49,280 bases of DNA. Source: Macrostomum lignano. Its lineage: Eukaryota. Positions 37,214-49,236 of the stretch are shown one piece after another (positions within the stretch are counted from its first letter, which is position 1; every line of letters begins with the position of its first letter). A program made the translations under genes and the position numbers. The notes beneath the pieces are model-generated. The model did no database searches and was not told the DNA's origin. It saw only the letters and a program-made list of their open reading frames with translations. The stretch covers positions 1-49,280 of the forward strand of contig NIVC01003552.1 in assembly GCA_002269645.1 (NCBI GenBank). The letters run 5' to 3'.

Positions 37214-40200
37214 CTAAGATCGAGGCGATAGCTGAGACTGGGTCAGCTCTTCCAGGCCTAGCACGGTCTTGGCTACTCGCTGCAGACCTCTGGGGCCCGA
37301 CATCAGATCCGTGACCAGGAAGGACTGCGACTGCGGGAGTTTGCGGGCCCAGCATTTGGGATTGGTGTACGTGTGAGCGAAGGCTGAATACACCTCAACA
37401 CTCTAGCCACCCTACCAGTTCAATGTTCTGTACCAGTATACCCTCTGTGAGAGACTCTTACTCCACTACAAGGAGCTATAAACTCCACCACAAAAACCTA
37501 CCAAAACTCCACCCTATACGAACCTACCAAAACTCCACCCTACGAACCTACCAAAACTCCACCCTACGAACCTAACAAAACTCCACCCTAAAAATCTACC
37601 AAAACTCTGTCCCACAAACCTACCAAAACTCCACCCCAAAACCTACCAAAACTCCACCCCAAAACCTACCAAAACTCCACCCAAAAACCTACCAAAACTC
37701 CACCCAAAAACCTACCAAAACTCCACCCGACCCAGTCTCACCCCAGGCAATCCGATTCTCCTGCACAGCGCCAGAAAGTTCTCAATATTGCGGCGACTCT
37801 TTGGCAGTGGCAGCTCGGCCACGCCCTGCGGAGGCACGTGCACCCTAGGAATGCTGCCTGGGGCCATCTGGTTGGCCAGGCAGCACAACAGCACGCCGTC
37901 GCGAAGGGCTTCAGTAAGGCCGTCCGGCGTGTCGGGTAACGCCAAGCTGAGCCGGCGCTCCAGAATGGATTTCATTTGGCCAATTAGTTGAGTGTCCACC
38001 TGGGTTGAGCCTGCGGCGGCTGCTGTGGGGTAGACGGCGGGAGTAACTTTTTAAACAAGCCTCGTCACCTTATCAGTAAAGTAGAGTAGCTAATAAAATT
38101 TTATACTTATTGATTTAATACTTGCAATATTCTGCTAATTCTACTGTTAGTATAGTACAACGAAAATGGCTGTTTAAATTTAATTGTGCATTTGTTGCTC
38201 TCACAGCTACCGAATCTCGATCCTGGTGGCAATCTTGAACTGGCAGCGTCGCCGACTCCGCGATCCTTCGGCTGCTGCTGCTGCTCCTGAATTGATCCAA
38301 TCTGATAAGCTGAAGGCGAGTGCGACATCGGCCCACGGCGCTGCTGCGATTCATTCGACGAGGGCGCCTCAGCGTGCGAGCTGAGAGCCGACGAGAAGCT
38401 CAGAGATTTCACAACGCTGCCACCGCCGCCGCTGCTAACGCCTGCGTTGACTGACGAGCCCAAACGGCTAGACTGAAGCTGCAATCGTTCCACAACGGAA
38501 CTGCTGCTGCCGATGAACTGCACTTGACCGCGACCTCCGCTGCCAGGCCGATGGCTGAGGGAAGTCGTCGTCGGCGGCGGCTGCTGCTGCAGCGGAGTGA
38601 CTGAGGCCGATTCCGGAGTTGCAAGGGCCTGATAAATTATGTTTTTGTATTTTTCGAATTTTAGTCAGGTCAGCTTTTACTATAAGATTTTCATTGTCAT
38701 GGGAAATTTTCATTAAAGAATCTCATGGGAGATTTTCTTTGGAGGGAGAATCCAACAGGAGAATTTCATTGGAGGGAGAATCTCATATGAGAATTTCATT
38801 AGAGGGAGAATCTCGTGGGAGAATTTCATTGGAGGGAGAATCTCATGGGAGAATTTCATTGGATGGAGAATCTCATGGGAGAATTTCATTAGAGGGAGAA
38901 TCTCATGGGAGATTTTTATTGCAGGGAGAATCTCATGGGAGAATTTCATTGGAGGGAAGATCTCATGGGAGATTTTCATTGCAGGGAGAATCTCGTGGGA
39001 GAATTTTGTTGGAGGGAGAATCTCATGAGAGAATTTCATTAGAGGGAGAATCTCGTGGGAGATTTTCTTTGGAGGGAGAATCTCATGGGAGAATCTCGTG
39101 GGAGAATTTTATTAGAGGGAGAATCTCATGAGAGATTTTGATTGGAGGGAGAATCTCATGGGAGATTTTCTTTCATTTTTTAAAATAATTTCGACTGAGA
39201 TTTTATACGGAATATTCGTTGATAATTTCTGAATCAATTAGGCGAATAGAAATGATGCTAATTATACGGACTAATTAGATTATTAATTAACAGTCTACTA
39301 ATAAATAATATTATACATTCTATTTGTCAACTCTCTCTGTTGAAATTAGCAGCCGAGCTGACAGAGCTTCATTAGTAAACTTAGAAGATATATAAATTTA
39401 GTTAGTTCAGCTAAGCTATAATTATTTAGCCGCAAGGGGCGCGAGCGGCATCTCGTGTTTCCTTCTAAGCCAATTTTCAGCAAATTCTGTAGCCAGGCGG
39501 CCCAGTCAGAGTAAATGGCGTTAATCAACTCGTAAATTAAGCGAAAAGTTTGGGGGGAGGGGGTTGATAGCTGGGGGGGGGGCAGAAGCTTTTCAGAGTT
39601 CCTCATCTCCCTTGCTTATAAAAATTACACACGGCTATATAACCGTGGGTATAGTGCACCCCAAGCAGTCTCTCCCTTGTACATATAATATAACACGGTT
39701 TCATGACGGGAACCAGTATAGTATAATTCTCTTAGCCGTTACAAGGGATTAGACTAAGTATGAGAGAGATGTCAGTAAAACAAAAAGGCGAAACACACAC
39801 TTCAGCTTATAAATAACTTATTACATTTAAGTTTATACGCTAAGCATTTCTAAATATAGGCATGACAAGCGCGAGGCTGCAGCAGTAGGACTTTCTCTCT
39901 GTTGACTTGTTAAAGTTAAGTTAGCGGCTTAATAAAGGGCAGAGGGACCGCTTCTTGAATCTATACTAAACTAAAGTTATAAGCTAAGCGAGTTTTAAAG
40001 ATAAATGAACAGCACCGCGCAGATCTTAATAGAGCTACAATGATCTTATAACTTACAATAATCTTATAACTCTTATAATTTTTCATAAAAGACAGTTTAT
40101 CAGTCAGAGGTCAGTGGGGAGAGGAGTCAAAGGCCAGTGGGGGGAGTCAGAGGACAGTGGGGGGAGTCAGAGGACAGTGGGGGGAGTCAAAGGACAGTGG

Positions 40201-41706
40201 GGGGAGTCAGAGGACAGTGGGGGGAGTCAGAGGACAGTGGGGGAATCAGAGCACAGTGGGGGGAGTCAAAGGACAATGGGGAGTCAAAGGACAGTGGGGG
40301 GAGTCAAAGGACAGTGGGAGAGTCAAAGGACAGTGAGGGAGTCAAAGGAGAGAGACAGAGTTATGGTATGATATGGTAAGCCAGCAAAATGAATAAGAAC
40401 ACACAGAGACAGTGAAAGGCAAATGGGCAAAGCAGGTCAAAAGCTGAATTGCCATCCAAATGGTTTATAAACTCACAGACTTGGGCGGAGAGGCGCTAAC
40501 CCGAAGCCGTCTCAAATAACTCGCCGAAGAAGAAGACAATGAATTGGCGTCCCCGCTCTGATTCTGAGCAGCCGCCAGACCGTTCAACTGCTGTTGCTGA
40601 TGCTGCAGATGGCGGTAGATTTGCTTGTCAGCTCTGGAAGCAGATTTGCCAAGAGTTTGACCCTCGCGAATGCTCTCCACGGTGAGATACTTCATCACGT
40701 GACGAAGTCCACGAGCGCACACAGTGGCTGGAGGGGACAGCATGGGGTTAAGGTCGAGGCAGAGCTCTTGGAGAGTGTCATGCAAAAGCCTGTAGTCGTG
40801 AGGCAACTGCTGCAGACGATTGCCAGACAGATCGAGGCAGGTCAGCTTCAGGGTTGACCACTCTGCAGTGATAAAGATAGTGATAAATCAATTCTTAGAT
40901 AACTAACGTTTGCTTGACATAAATTTTAACCAAAGTAAAACATTACTTACCACTGGGAACTGTAATCAGTTTATTATTATGCAATTTTAGCACTCGAAGT
41001 TTATCTATACTAGATAAACGAGGTGACACTGTTTGCAAGGCATTGTTGCTGGCCTCCTAAAAAATTTAGGTAACAAAAAACTTTTTTAGAACAACAATCA
41101 TGGCTAATGTAGCAATATTAAGCAAATCACTTACCAACTGTACAAGCTCAGTTAATCCACCTAACTCATGAGGTAATTCTACAAGCTTATTGCTATTCAA
41201 TATTAGAATTTGTAATGATCTTAGCTCACATATGATAGAAGGAAATTGTGTAAGACAATTGTAGCTAAGATCTAATTGTTGAAGATTATGAAGCAGTCTA
41301 AATGTATCAGGAATTGACCAAATTGAGTTGTGTGAACAATCAATGCACTGTACAAACTGGCAGCTGCATAAGTGCTTTGGAAACTCAGTAAACCGGTTGT
41401 TAGACAAATCTAAAAGGAAGAAATCAATGTCATTAAGATGATGTATTTACTAAAAAACTTAAAATTAAAACTTCAACTTTATTTCAAAAGTGAGCTGGTA
41501 CATGTATCTACTGTATGATACAATTTATAATACATAATCTTACCAACATGTAGCAGATCAAATAGATTAAAGCCACCAATTGTTGCAGGCAATAACTTTA
41601 ATTTTTTCTTTGACAACTTTAGACAGCCATTTTTTTCTGCATCAGCAAATACTTTTTCAATTGCCTTGTCATTGTTATGTTGATTGATGGCCATTGTTGT
41701 AGACAT
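37214..41706 (-). CDS. LRCH: Leucine-rich repeat and calponin-homology domain protein (LRCH family)
   Basis: Seven phase-consistent exons: 41544-41706, 41135-41409, 40951-41056, 40477-40862, 38211-38628, 37742-38022, 37214-37330. N-terminal AIEKVFADAEKNGCLKLSKKKLKLLP; LRRs (DLSNNRFTEFP, LDLSYNCLTQFP, LDLSGNRLQQLP, NPMLSPPATVCARGLRHVMKYL); C-terminal CH domain (LRDGVLLCCLANQMAPGSIPRVHVP..SRRNIENFLALCRRIG..GLQRVAKTV). Confidence 0.9.
37480..37730. repeat. Intronic minisatellite, ~21-bp unit (acctaccaaaactccacccca)
   Basis: Direct; last LRCH intron, adjacent to the donor. Confidence 0.9.
38690..39170. repeat. Intronic minisatellite, 30-bp unit (ggagaatttcattggagggagaatctcatg)
   Basis: Direct; source of the spurious GRISLEGESH ORF. 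Confidence 0.93.
40113..40345. repeat. Intronic G-rich minisatellite, 20-bp unit (cagtggggggagtcagagga)
   Basis: Direct; LRCH intron 4. Confidence 0.9.
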
Positions 41707-41729
41707 CCAGATAAGATAGGGGCCTAATA

Positions 41730-43026
41730 TTAGCAAAAATATTAATAATAATGGTATTGTAGAAATAGAAATAGCATAAGAAACTGTAAGCTTAAGAAAA
41801 TGCGATTTGCTTCAATTAACATATTATTTGATGTCTTTTCAAACAAGGCTGGGCCTAAGTCATCTTATTTAGACTTAGCCCATGAACAGGCGCCAGGCCT
41901 AGGCCCCCTAATAAGATTTAAGATGGCACCAGCTTTTTGGGTAAAAACTAGAACTATAGGCCTACGATTAACTGTATCAAGTTTACCATTTTTAGAGCAA
42001 AGAAATAATGTTACCGTGTAGGGGGGCCTAACAATAGTTAACGCTGCGCCAGTCTAAGTTTATAGGCCTAATAAATTCAAAATATCAAACACATGACCAT
42101 GTCTTTCGTGACAAATAAATTCAAAACAGCGATTGTCAGCCGAACCTATATATAAATATCCAGAAATTGTATTGAAGTTACTACAATTCGTTACTTCCAA
42201 TTTACGCTACCATATCAGTTTCGAATTTTCTAATTATCAAACTTGATGCGGTCATGCAGATTGGTTGGATTGGCATGCGCTGAAACTCAAGTTTCCTATA
42301 ATTCTTTAAGTTGAATTTCTTATAGTAATAAACCACTGAACCAGCGAAGTTTGTATGGGCGGTTATAAAAGACTGTTTGCTACTAATTTTCGTAAAAAAG
42401 TACGTCCTATAAAATGTTTGTTTTAGTTTTGATTTACTACTTCGTTTATTTACTGAATTCAAAACTTATTACCATGCATTATTTCTTTGAAACCATTCAG
42501 TAATTTGAAATTGATTTAGTAAGATAGTAATAAATCATCGAGCTCAGAGACAGAGACTATAAGACCAAGTAGTCAACTTTTGTCCCAACCAATCTAAAGC
42601 CTTGCCTGAAAACTCGCTATAAGTAAAGAAGTTCTAATAATCATAATCTATCAGTGCATGTGCACGTGCACCTCCAGGCTCCAGACCGTAGTTTTGCTTT
42701 TGAGTTTTTAAATCTACTCAGACGTTAGTTAGACCTAATAAATATTTAATGCTTTTGTATAAATACTCCTAAATACACGAATTACTCAATAGTTAATACT
42801 AAAACTGAAAATAGTTAATACTAGGATAGGAGAATCAAGTTTAATTTTCTTCAATAACACTCTGAATAGTGAATTTGTGATTTTAATTTAGGTATATTTT
42901 ATTATATTAGTGCACAAAATCTGCATTCTGCATAACCTAACTGTGTCTGAGTCTAATTATATTATAAATAGGCCTATATTTTACAATTACATTTTTGTAT
43001 TGGTCTTCTCCTGTGCTCCTTCTTAG
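41730..43026. promoter_or_regulatory. Probable bidirectional promoter region shared by LRCH and MYBBP1A
   Basis: Head-to-head ATGs at 41706 (-) and 43031 (+), 1.3 kb apart. CpG-retaining core ~42000-42780 with CCAAT-type motifs (gattggttggattgg ~42258, ccaatc ~42591) and cacgtg ~42663. Confidence 0.55.
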
Positions 43027-43030
43027 TGAT

Positions 43031-46000
43031 ATGTCATCTACCCCTATATCAAATATTTTTTGGCAGTTAAGTTCTGCATCAAATGAAGAGCGTGAAAAAG
43101 CTGCTCAGCTTCTTGCTTTAGCTGCATTGAATAAGGATAATAAACCTTTAACATTTGATACTATTTTTAAAGACAAAAAGGTAAGTAGAAATTTTATTCT
43201 ATATAGACAGTGCATCTAACCTACTTTGAAAGAATAGGCTTAAGGCCTACAATTACACAATATATTGTTAGGAAGGTATCCAGTATATCACTATATGCCA
43301 GAATTGTTTTGGTCAAAGTTTTAGGTGGATGCCAAGTATGCCAAAAAATTGGAAATATGGCTTGTATCTATACCAAAATCTTAAAATTAGGCCTATACAA
43401 CCTTACTTTAGGGTACTTTTCTGCTACAACAATAAAGGATATTTATTCTAATATTACATTGTAATTTAATATTTACATGTACATTATTATAAAAATAAGT
43501 ACTAGGCTTCTATCTATTACTCCTTTACAAAAACTTGCAATTACTTAATTCCTCAATTTCTAATACCTAAATTCTTTAAAATAGGCCTAGCATTGTCAGT
43601 ATCACATTTAATAATTTTTTATTTTTTGCACTTCTAGTTTAGTACTTTTTAACTACTTACCTTTTTCTTTTAAATGTTCTATCTTTTGTCATAGAAACTA
43701 GAAGATACTTGCACCTATTTTCAAATTGTTTTTTATACCATTTTTTGTATGCGAAATACAACTTTATAAGATTTGAACATGTTGAATATACATACCAATT
43801 ATCAAAATGGCTAGCTTATTCATGCTTCTAAGCATCAAATATGATGGTAAAATCAATTAGCCTATTGACACACTAAGTAGCTTTGACAGACTGCAATTGT
43901 CAATTGCAACATATTGCTGCTTTTTTCTTTTCTTTTGGGGGGTAGGATACCCCAAAAGAGAAAACAGACTTTTTTGGCTGTTCAAGTGGGGTATATCCTT
44001 CCAATCCCTACTTTCTATGCCTCTTGCTAGATGTCTACCATAACATAATCACATATATTAGTCTTCTTTATTTTGCATTTTTGTCTCTACAAGGAGGTTC
44101 AAAAAGTTTTATTGTTTGTACATTCAAACAAAAAATTTTGGGACAAGGCTACATTATTTTTCAACATAATCTCCTTGGTGATTAATATACTTCTGCCAAT
44201 GGTCACACAGCTCTTGGATGCCACTGGTGTAGAAGGTTGCCATCTGGTCCTTCAGCCACTGGTTCACAAGGGCGATGACTTCCTCATTGGACTCAAAATG
44301 GCGCCCTCGGAGTGGCTTCTTCAGCTAGCAAAACAAGTAGAAATCTGATAGGGCCAGGTCTGGTGAATAGGTAGGATGGGGCAGAATTTCGAATCCTGCA
44401 GTGGTGGCAGCATTTACTGCAACTTGGGCTATGTGAGCAGGGGCATTGTCATGAAGCAGCGAGGGGCGAGCACTCAACTTGCCTCGCCTCTTCGTGACAA
44501 CTGCTTGACAAAGTCGGCCTAGCTGTTCAGCGTACCACACACCTGTCACAGTGTGCCCAACTGGCAGGTACTCAGCAAGCAACATCCCCTGACAATCCCA
44601 GAAGAAGTAGCCCAAGACCTTGTCAGCCGACTTCACTTGCTTGAACTTGCGAGGTGCACCTTCTCCTGGGCGCCGCCACTCCATGGAGTCACGCTTGGAC
44701 TCAGGGTCGTAGTGGTGTAGCCAGCACTCATCCCCTGTTATGATTTGTCACTCGAATCCATTTGGGTCCGCGTTGTACAGGTCAAGCATGAAGCGGCTAG
44801 AGTTCACCCGATTCAGCTTGTGGTCCCGCAAAAGCATTCGGGCACCCAACGGGCACTGACCTTGTTGTATCCAAGGATTTGGTGCAGGATTTCCTCAACT
44901 GAGCCAATTGAGATCCCAACAGTGTGTGCAATGCTGGCAACTCAAATTTGCCAATCTTCATCCAGGAGCTTGGCAACTGCATCAACTTTCTCTTGGTTGG
45001 CGCTAGTAGCAGGGTGCCCACTCTGGGGGTCATCTTCGAGGGTCACCCTGCCTCACTTAAATTCAGTATGGTGTCTCTCAATTGTGCGTAGAGATGGGCA
45101 AGTTGTGGGGTACACAGACTTGATCTCTGCTTTGATTGCTGGTGGCTTTAATACTTTTATGGTAAAAAATTTCATGAGAGCTCGATACTTTTGTTTCTCC
45201 ATTTTGCTGAAAATGCAGGGGATGCCTTGAGTTCTTGCTGAAAAAAAATGACTTCAAAAACTGATAGAAGGTTGAACATCTGCCATATACACTCTATATA
45301 AAAGTACTATTCTAAACAAAAAAATTTAATGAAAATATTATATGATATAGCCAAACAACAAAACTTTTTGAACCCCCCTCATAAAAAGTTGCCTTGTTTT
45401 AACAGCTTATCTCTACCTTATTGTTCCTCCTTACTATGCTATACTTTACTGCTACTAGGCTAATTTATATTGGAATTTTATTTATAGAGATGACATTTGA
45501 AAAAATGTCTATATGTTTCAGTTGGCTCTATAAACTTGCTATAGTCTATATAATAATTATTAATGATAATAAATATAAACTCTAAAAGCTTCTTCTAGTA
45601 GTGATAACTTGCATTGTCATTAGGAATAGACATAGTTGATTCTATACAAATAACTTATATTGTTAAACTAATATTTCTACATATATTTAATTAAGTTATT
45701 TCTTGATTATATAAAAATGCAATAGTTGTTTCAAGTATATACATTAGCACATAAGTAAATTAGGTTAGATTACCTTGGTAGAAATAAAACCATTTTTCAC
45801 TTGGTATAATAGTGTATTAATCAGTCTGCATAAATAATGATACTTATAATTAGTTATATGTCTACAAAATGAATGTTTTGTTTTGTCAAAATCCTTATCA
45901 ATGTGGTTTTTCTTTCCTAAGTAAAGTTAGACAAATTTAAGATAACTTTATCTAACTCTACCATACAGGAACAGAAGTCCAAAAACATGGAAGTGGAAGC

Positions 46001-49000
46001 AAAGGAAATGCTTCCATATTGCCTGGAGAGACTCTTTAAAGGCTTGGCTGGTCAGAAAGCAGAGTCAAAGCTTGGTTTCTCCTTGGCGCTCACGTTGGTA
46101 AGTAGGAAAAATTTACATATAAGCTGTAGATTATTAATCTCGTCAATAATTTTATACAGTATATTTATTCTTAACATTTTAGCTGCTGGAAAGACTTACT
46201 AAAAGTCAGATAAGAACTGCATTTGCTACGGCAGAGAAGTGCCTTCTAGATATGAAAGTTGATACTAAACAGGTAAGCCTTCTTAATCCACTCTTGTTTA
46301 ATTATGTTTAATTAATCCTTTTGCTAATTCACTCTAATAATATGCTACTGGAAGCGAGTCTTTTAGTTAACTCCGAGAGCATGTTTCCTAACTCTAATTT
46401 ATGCACTAATCCAATCCCTAATCCGCATCTACTCTGCTAATCCAATCCTTAATCCTAATCTACTCTGCTAATCCAGTTCCCAATCCTTATCTACTCTGCT
46501 AATCCAGTTCCCAATCCTAATCTACTCTGCTAATCCAGTTCCCAATCCTAATCTACTCTGCTAATCCAGTTCCCAATCCTAATCTACTCTGCTAATCCAG
46601 TTCCCAATCCTAATCTACTCTGCTAATCCAATCCCTAATCCGAATCTACTCTCCACTACTTCCTAAAGGAAGCCTCCTCCAAGCGCATCGGTGTCTGTCT
46701 TCTGCTTCTAGCAGCAATCCGCGGTGCCGCTTTCGCCAAACTGCGCCCTGAGCAGCGGACTCGAATGCTCGACGCTGTTGTTCCGCTGCTCAGCGACCGA
46801 GGCTACGCGGACTTTGGAGCCTGCGCTCTGGCTGGCGCTATTGAACAGGTGTGAGGGCTGACTTTGATAGCAAACCTAATACATATAATATCTGTGACAT
46901 TCCATTGCTTTAAAATGTCACGATCCCTCAGTCAAGCCCTGTTAATAATAGATATTTTAAACCACACTTGGATCCTATATTTTAGAAATCTCCCCGTTCA
47001 GATTCCATAATCTCCCCTTTCAGGTCCCAAATTTAAGAAATTAAGAATCCCCCTTCAGATCCCATATTTTAGACATCTCCCCCTTTCAGATCCCATATTT
47101 TAGACATCTCCCCCTTTCAGATCCCATATTTTAGAAATTTCCCCTTTCAGATTCCATATTTTGCTAAAATCGATCACACACACATTTACCGACAGACCAT
47201 TTTTAGTATATGGATTTAGAAATTTCACCTTTCAGATCCCATATTTTAGTAATTTCCCCTTTCAGATCCCATATTTTAGAAATTTCACCTTTCAGATCCC
47301 ATATCTTAGAAATCTCCCCTTTCAGATCCCATATCTTAGAAATCTCCCCTTTCAGATCCCATATCTTAGAAATCTCCCCTTTAGGATCCCATATCTTAGA
47401 AATCTCCCCTTTAGGATCCCATATCTTAGAAATCTCCCCTTTAGGATCCCATATCTTAGAAATCTCCCCTTTAGGATCCCATATCTTAGAAATCTCCCCT
47501 TTCAGATCCCATATCTTAGAAATCTCCCCTTTCAGATCCCATATCTTAGAAATCTCCCCTTTAGGATCCCATATCTTAGAAATCTCCTCTTTGGCTTTAA
47601 GATCCCATATCTTAGAAATCTCCCCTTTAGGATCCCATATCTTAGAAATCTCCCCTTTCAGATCCCATATCTTAGAAATCTCCCCTTTAGGATCCCATAT
47701 CTTAGAAATCTCCCTTTGGCTTTAAGATCCCATATCTTAGAAATCTCCTCTTTGGCTTTAAGATCCCATATCTTAGAAATCTCCCCTTTGGCTTTAGGAT
47801 CCCATATCTTAGAAATCTCCCCTTTCAGATCCCATATCTTAGAAATCTCCCCTTTCAGATCGCATATATTTTATAAAGTTCCCCTCAGATCCTATATTTA
47901 AGAAATCTCTTCTCAGATCCCATAAATTTCTCCTCTCTGACCCCGACCTCAGAAGTCATATTTAAATGACATTCCTAACTCAGTATAATTGGTTTTCCCT
48001 TCTCCCTCATCTGCAGCTTCCGCCAGATGAATTCAGTTCGAATCTATTTAAAAAATTATCCGACAAACTGACCAGCGGTTGGGACGCCTTGGATGCCAAC
48101 GGGCTGCTATTGATACTCTGCTGTCATCAGCATCAGAAGGTCTGTTTAATTATTGTAAAATTGATCCATTTTTCCAATTTAAAAAAAATTATTCAAATTT
48201 ATGTTTTATTTTTGTTTCAAACCTTATTTTGCAGGACTCAGTTAGCCGGGCCTACATCAAATCTCATTACGCAACTAAGCATCTGATTGGCCAGGCTAAC
48301 TTTGAGCATTTCAAGCGAATCTGTTTGGTAAATGCTGTATAAGTCATTTTGTTTGAATTTGAATAACGAGTTGAAAAATTGGGTATTGCGGAATAAGTGG
48401 GATTAAGAAATTGAGGGTTAAAATGAATCAGAATTGAGGTATTTGCGCAGGGGGAGTAGGGGAAGTTTTTGGAGGATAAGGAAATTATTTGACTATAGGG
48501 GAATTTTTTGGAGGGTCAAGGGATTATTTGAGTATAGGGGATTTTTTTAGGAGGGTAGGGGAATTATTCTGAGGGTAGGGGAAACGAGAATTTTTTTCGA
48601 TAATGAAGAGAATTGGTTTTTTAGTTTAGAGAGAACTTGCATAAGGATTCTGGGGATGGCTGGAAAGCAGGCGAGTCTGTTTAGAGGCTTAGTAGGCTAA
48701 GTACAAATCCTGCTAACCTCTGCAGTCAACGGCCGACGAATCCCACGAGACGCTGAGCGGCTGCCGTCTCCACCCGGGCATTGAGCGCCTTCTCGACTCT
48801 CTGCTAGCCAAATCGCAAAGCCTACTATCGGAATTCGCTTCCACAGTTGCCATAGCAACCGTTGCTAACGTGGAATCGTCGGCCAGTCGCAAAGCCCTCG
48901 GCCTGGCCATGCTGAGCTGGATTGCCGACTGTCCGGCCGAGAGATTCGAGTCCAAGCCCGACTGCCTGACCGACTGCTTGGCCAGCGATGAGGTTTGCCG

Positions 49001-49236
49001 TCAGCTCCGCAGTCACGCATCAAGCAGGAAGTCTTTGTTGCATTCGTTTGCTTGCCGTCTGCTTAGTAAGCAGCTTCTGCCCGGTTCGGCTAGCGACGAG
49101 TCTGTTCTGATAGCCGTTGCTAAGCGGTTGCTAGGCTGCGATTGTCTGTTCGATGACGGCCTGCCCGTTGAGTGTCGGTGTTGCGCGCCGACACGATGGC
49201 TCGGCTGCCAGTTGAAGTGCTGGACAGTTGCGCCAG
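43031..49236 (+). CDS. MYBBP1A: MYB-binding protein 1A / Pol5-like nucleolar protein, N-terminal part; continues beyond the window
   Basis: Phase-consistent exons 43031-43180, 45969-46097, 46183-46272, 46669-46848, 48017-48139, 48235-48327, 48726-49236. Motifs IFWQLSSASNEEREKAAQLL and YCLERLFKGLAGQKAESKLGFSLALTLLL match the MYBBP1A/Pol5 N-terminus (FW.L...R..A...L; Y...RL..GL.....R.GFS.AL). Confidence 0.8.
44090..45381 (-). mobile_element. Full-length but decayed mariner (Tc1/mariner, DD34D) element, 1292 bp
   Basis: TA on both sides (44088-89, 45382-83). ~29-bp imperfect TIRs (caaggaggttcaaaaagttttattgtttg versus tgaggggggttcaaaaagttttgttgtttg). Typical mariner length. Located in MYBBP1A intron 1. 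Confidence 0.92.
44154..45202 (-). pseudogene. Mariner transposase pseudogene
   Basis: MEKQKYRALMKFF...SARWVP...IITGDECW...LLHDNAPAH...YSPDLALSDFYLF...GDYVEK*. Four internal stops and one -1 frameshift just after WVP. Confidence 0.92.
46405..46655. repeat. Intronic minisatellite, 31-bp unit (ctaatccagttcccaatcctaatctactctg)
   Basis: Direct; runs up to the acceptor at 46668. Confidence 0.9.
46975..47900. repeat. Intronic minisatellite, 30-bp unit (cagatcccatatcttagaaatctccccttt), ~25-30 copies
   Basis: Direct; source of the spurious FQIPYLRNLP ORF. Confidence 0.95.
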
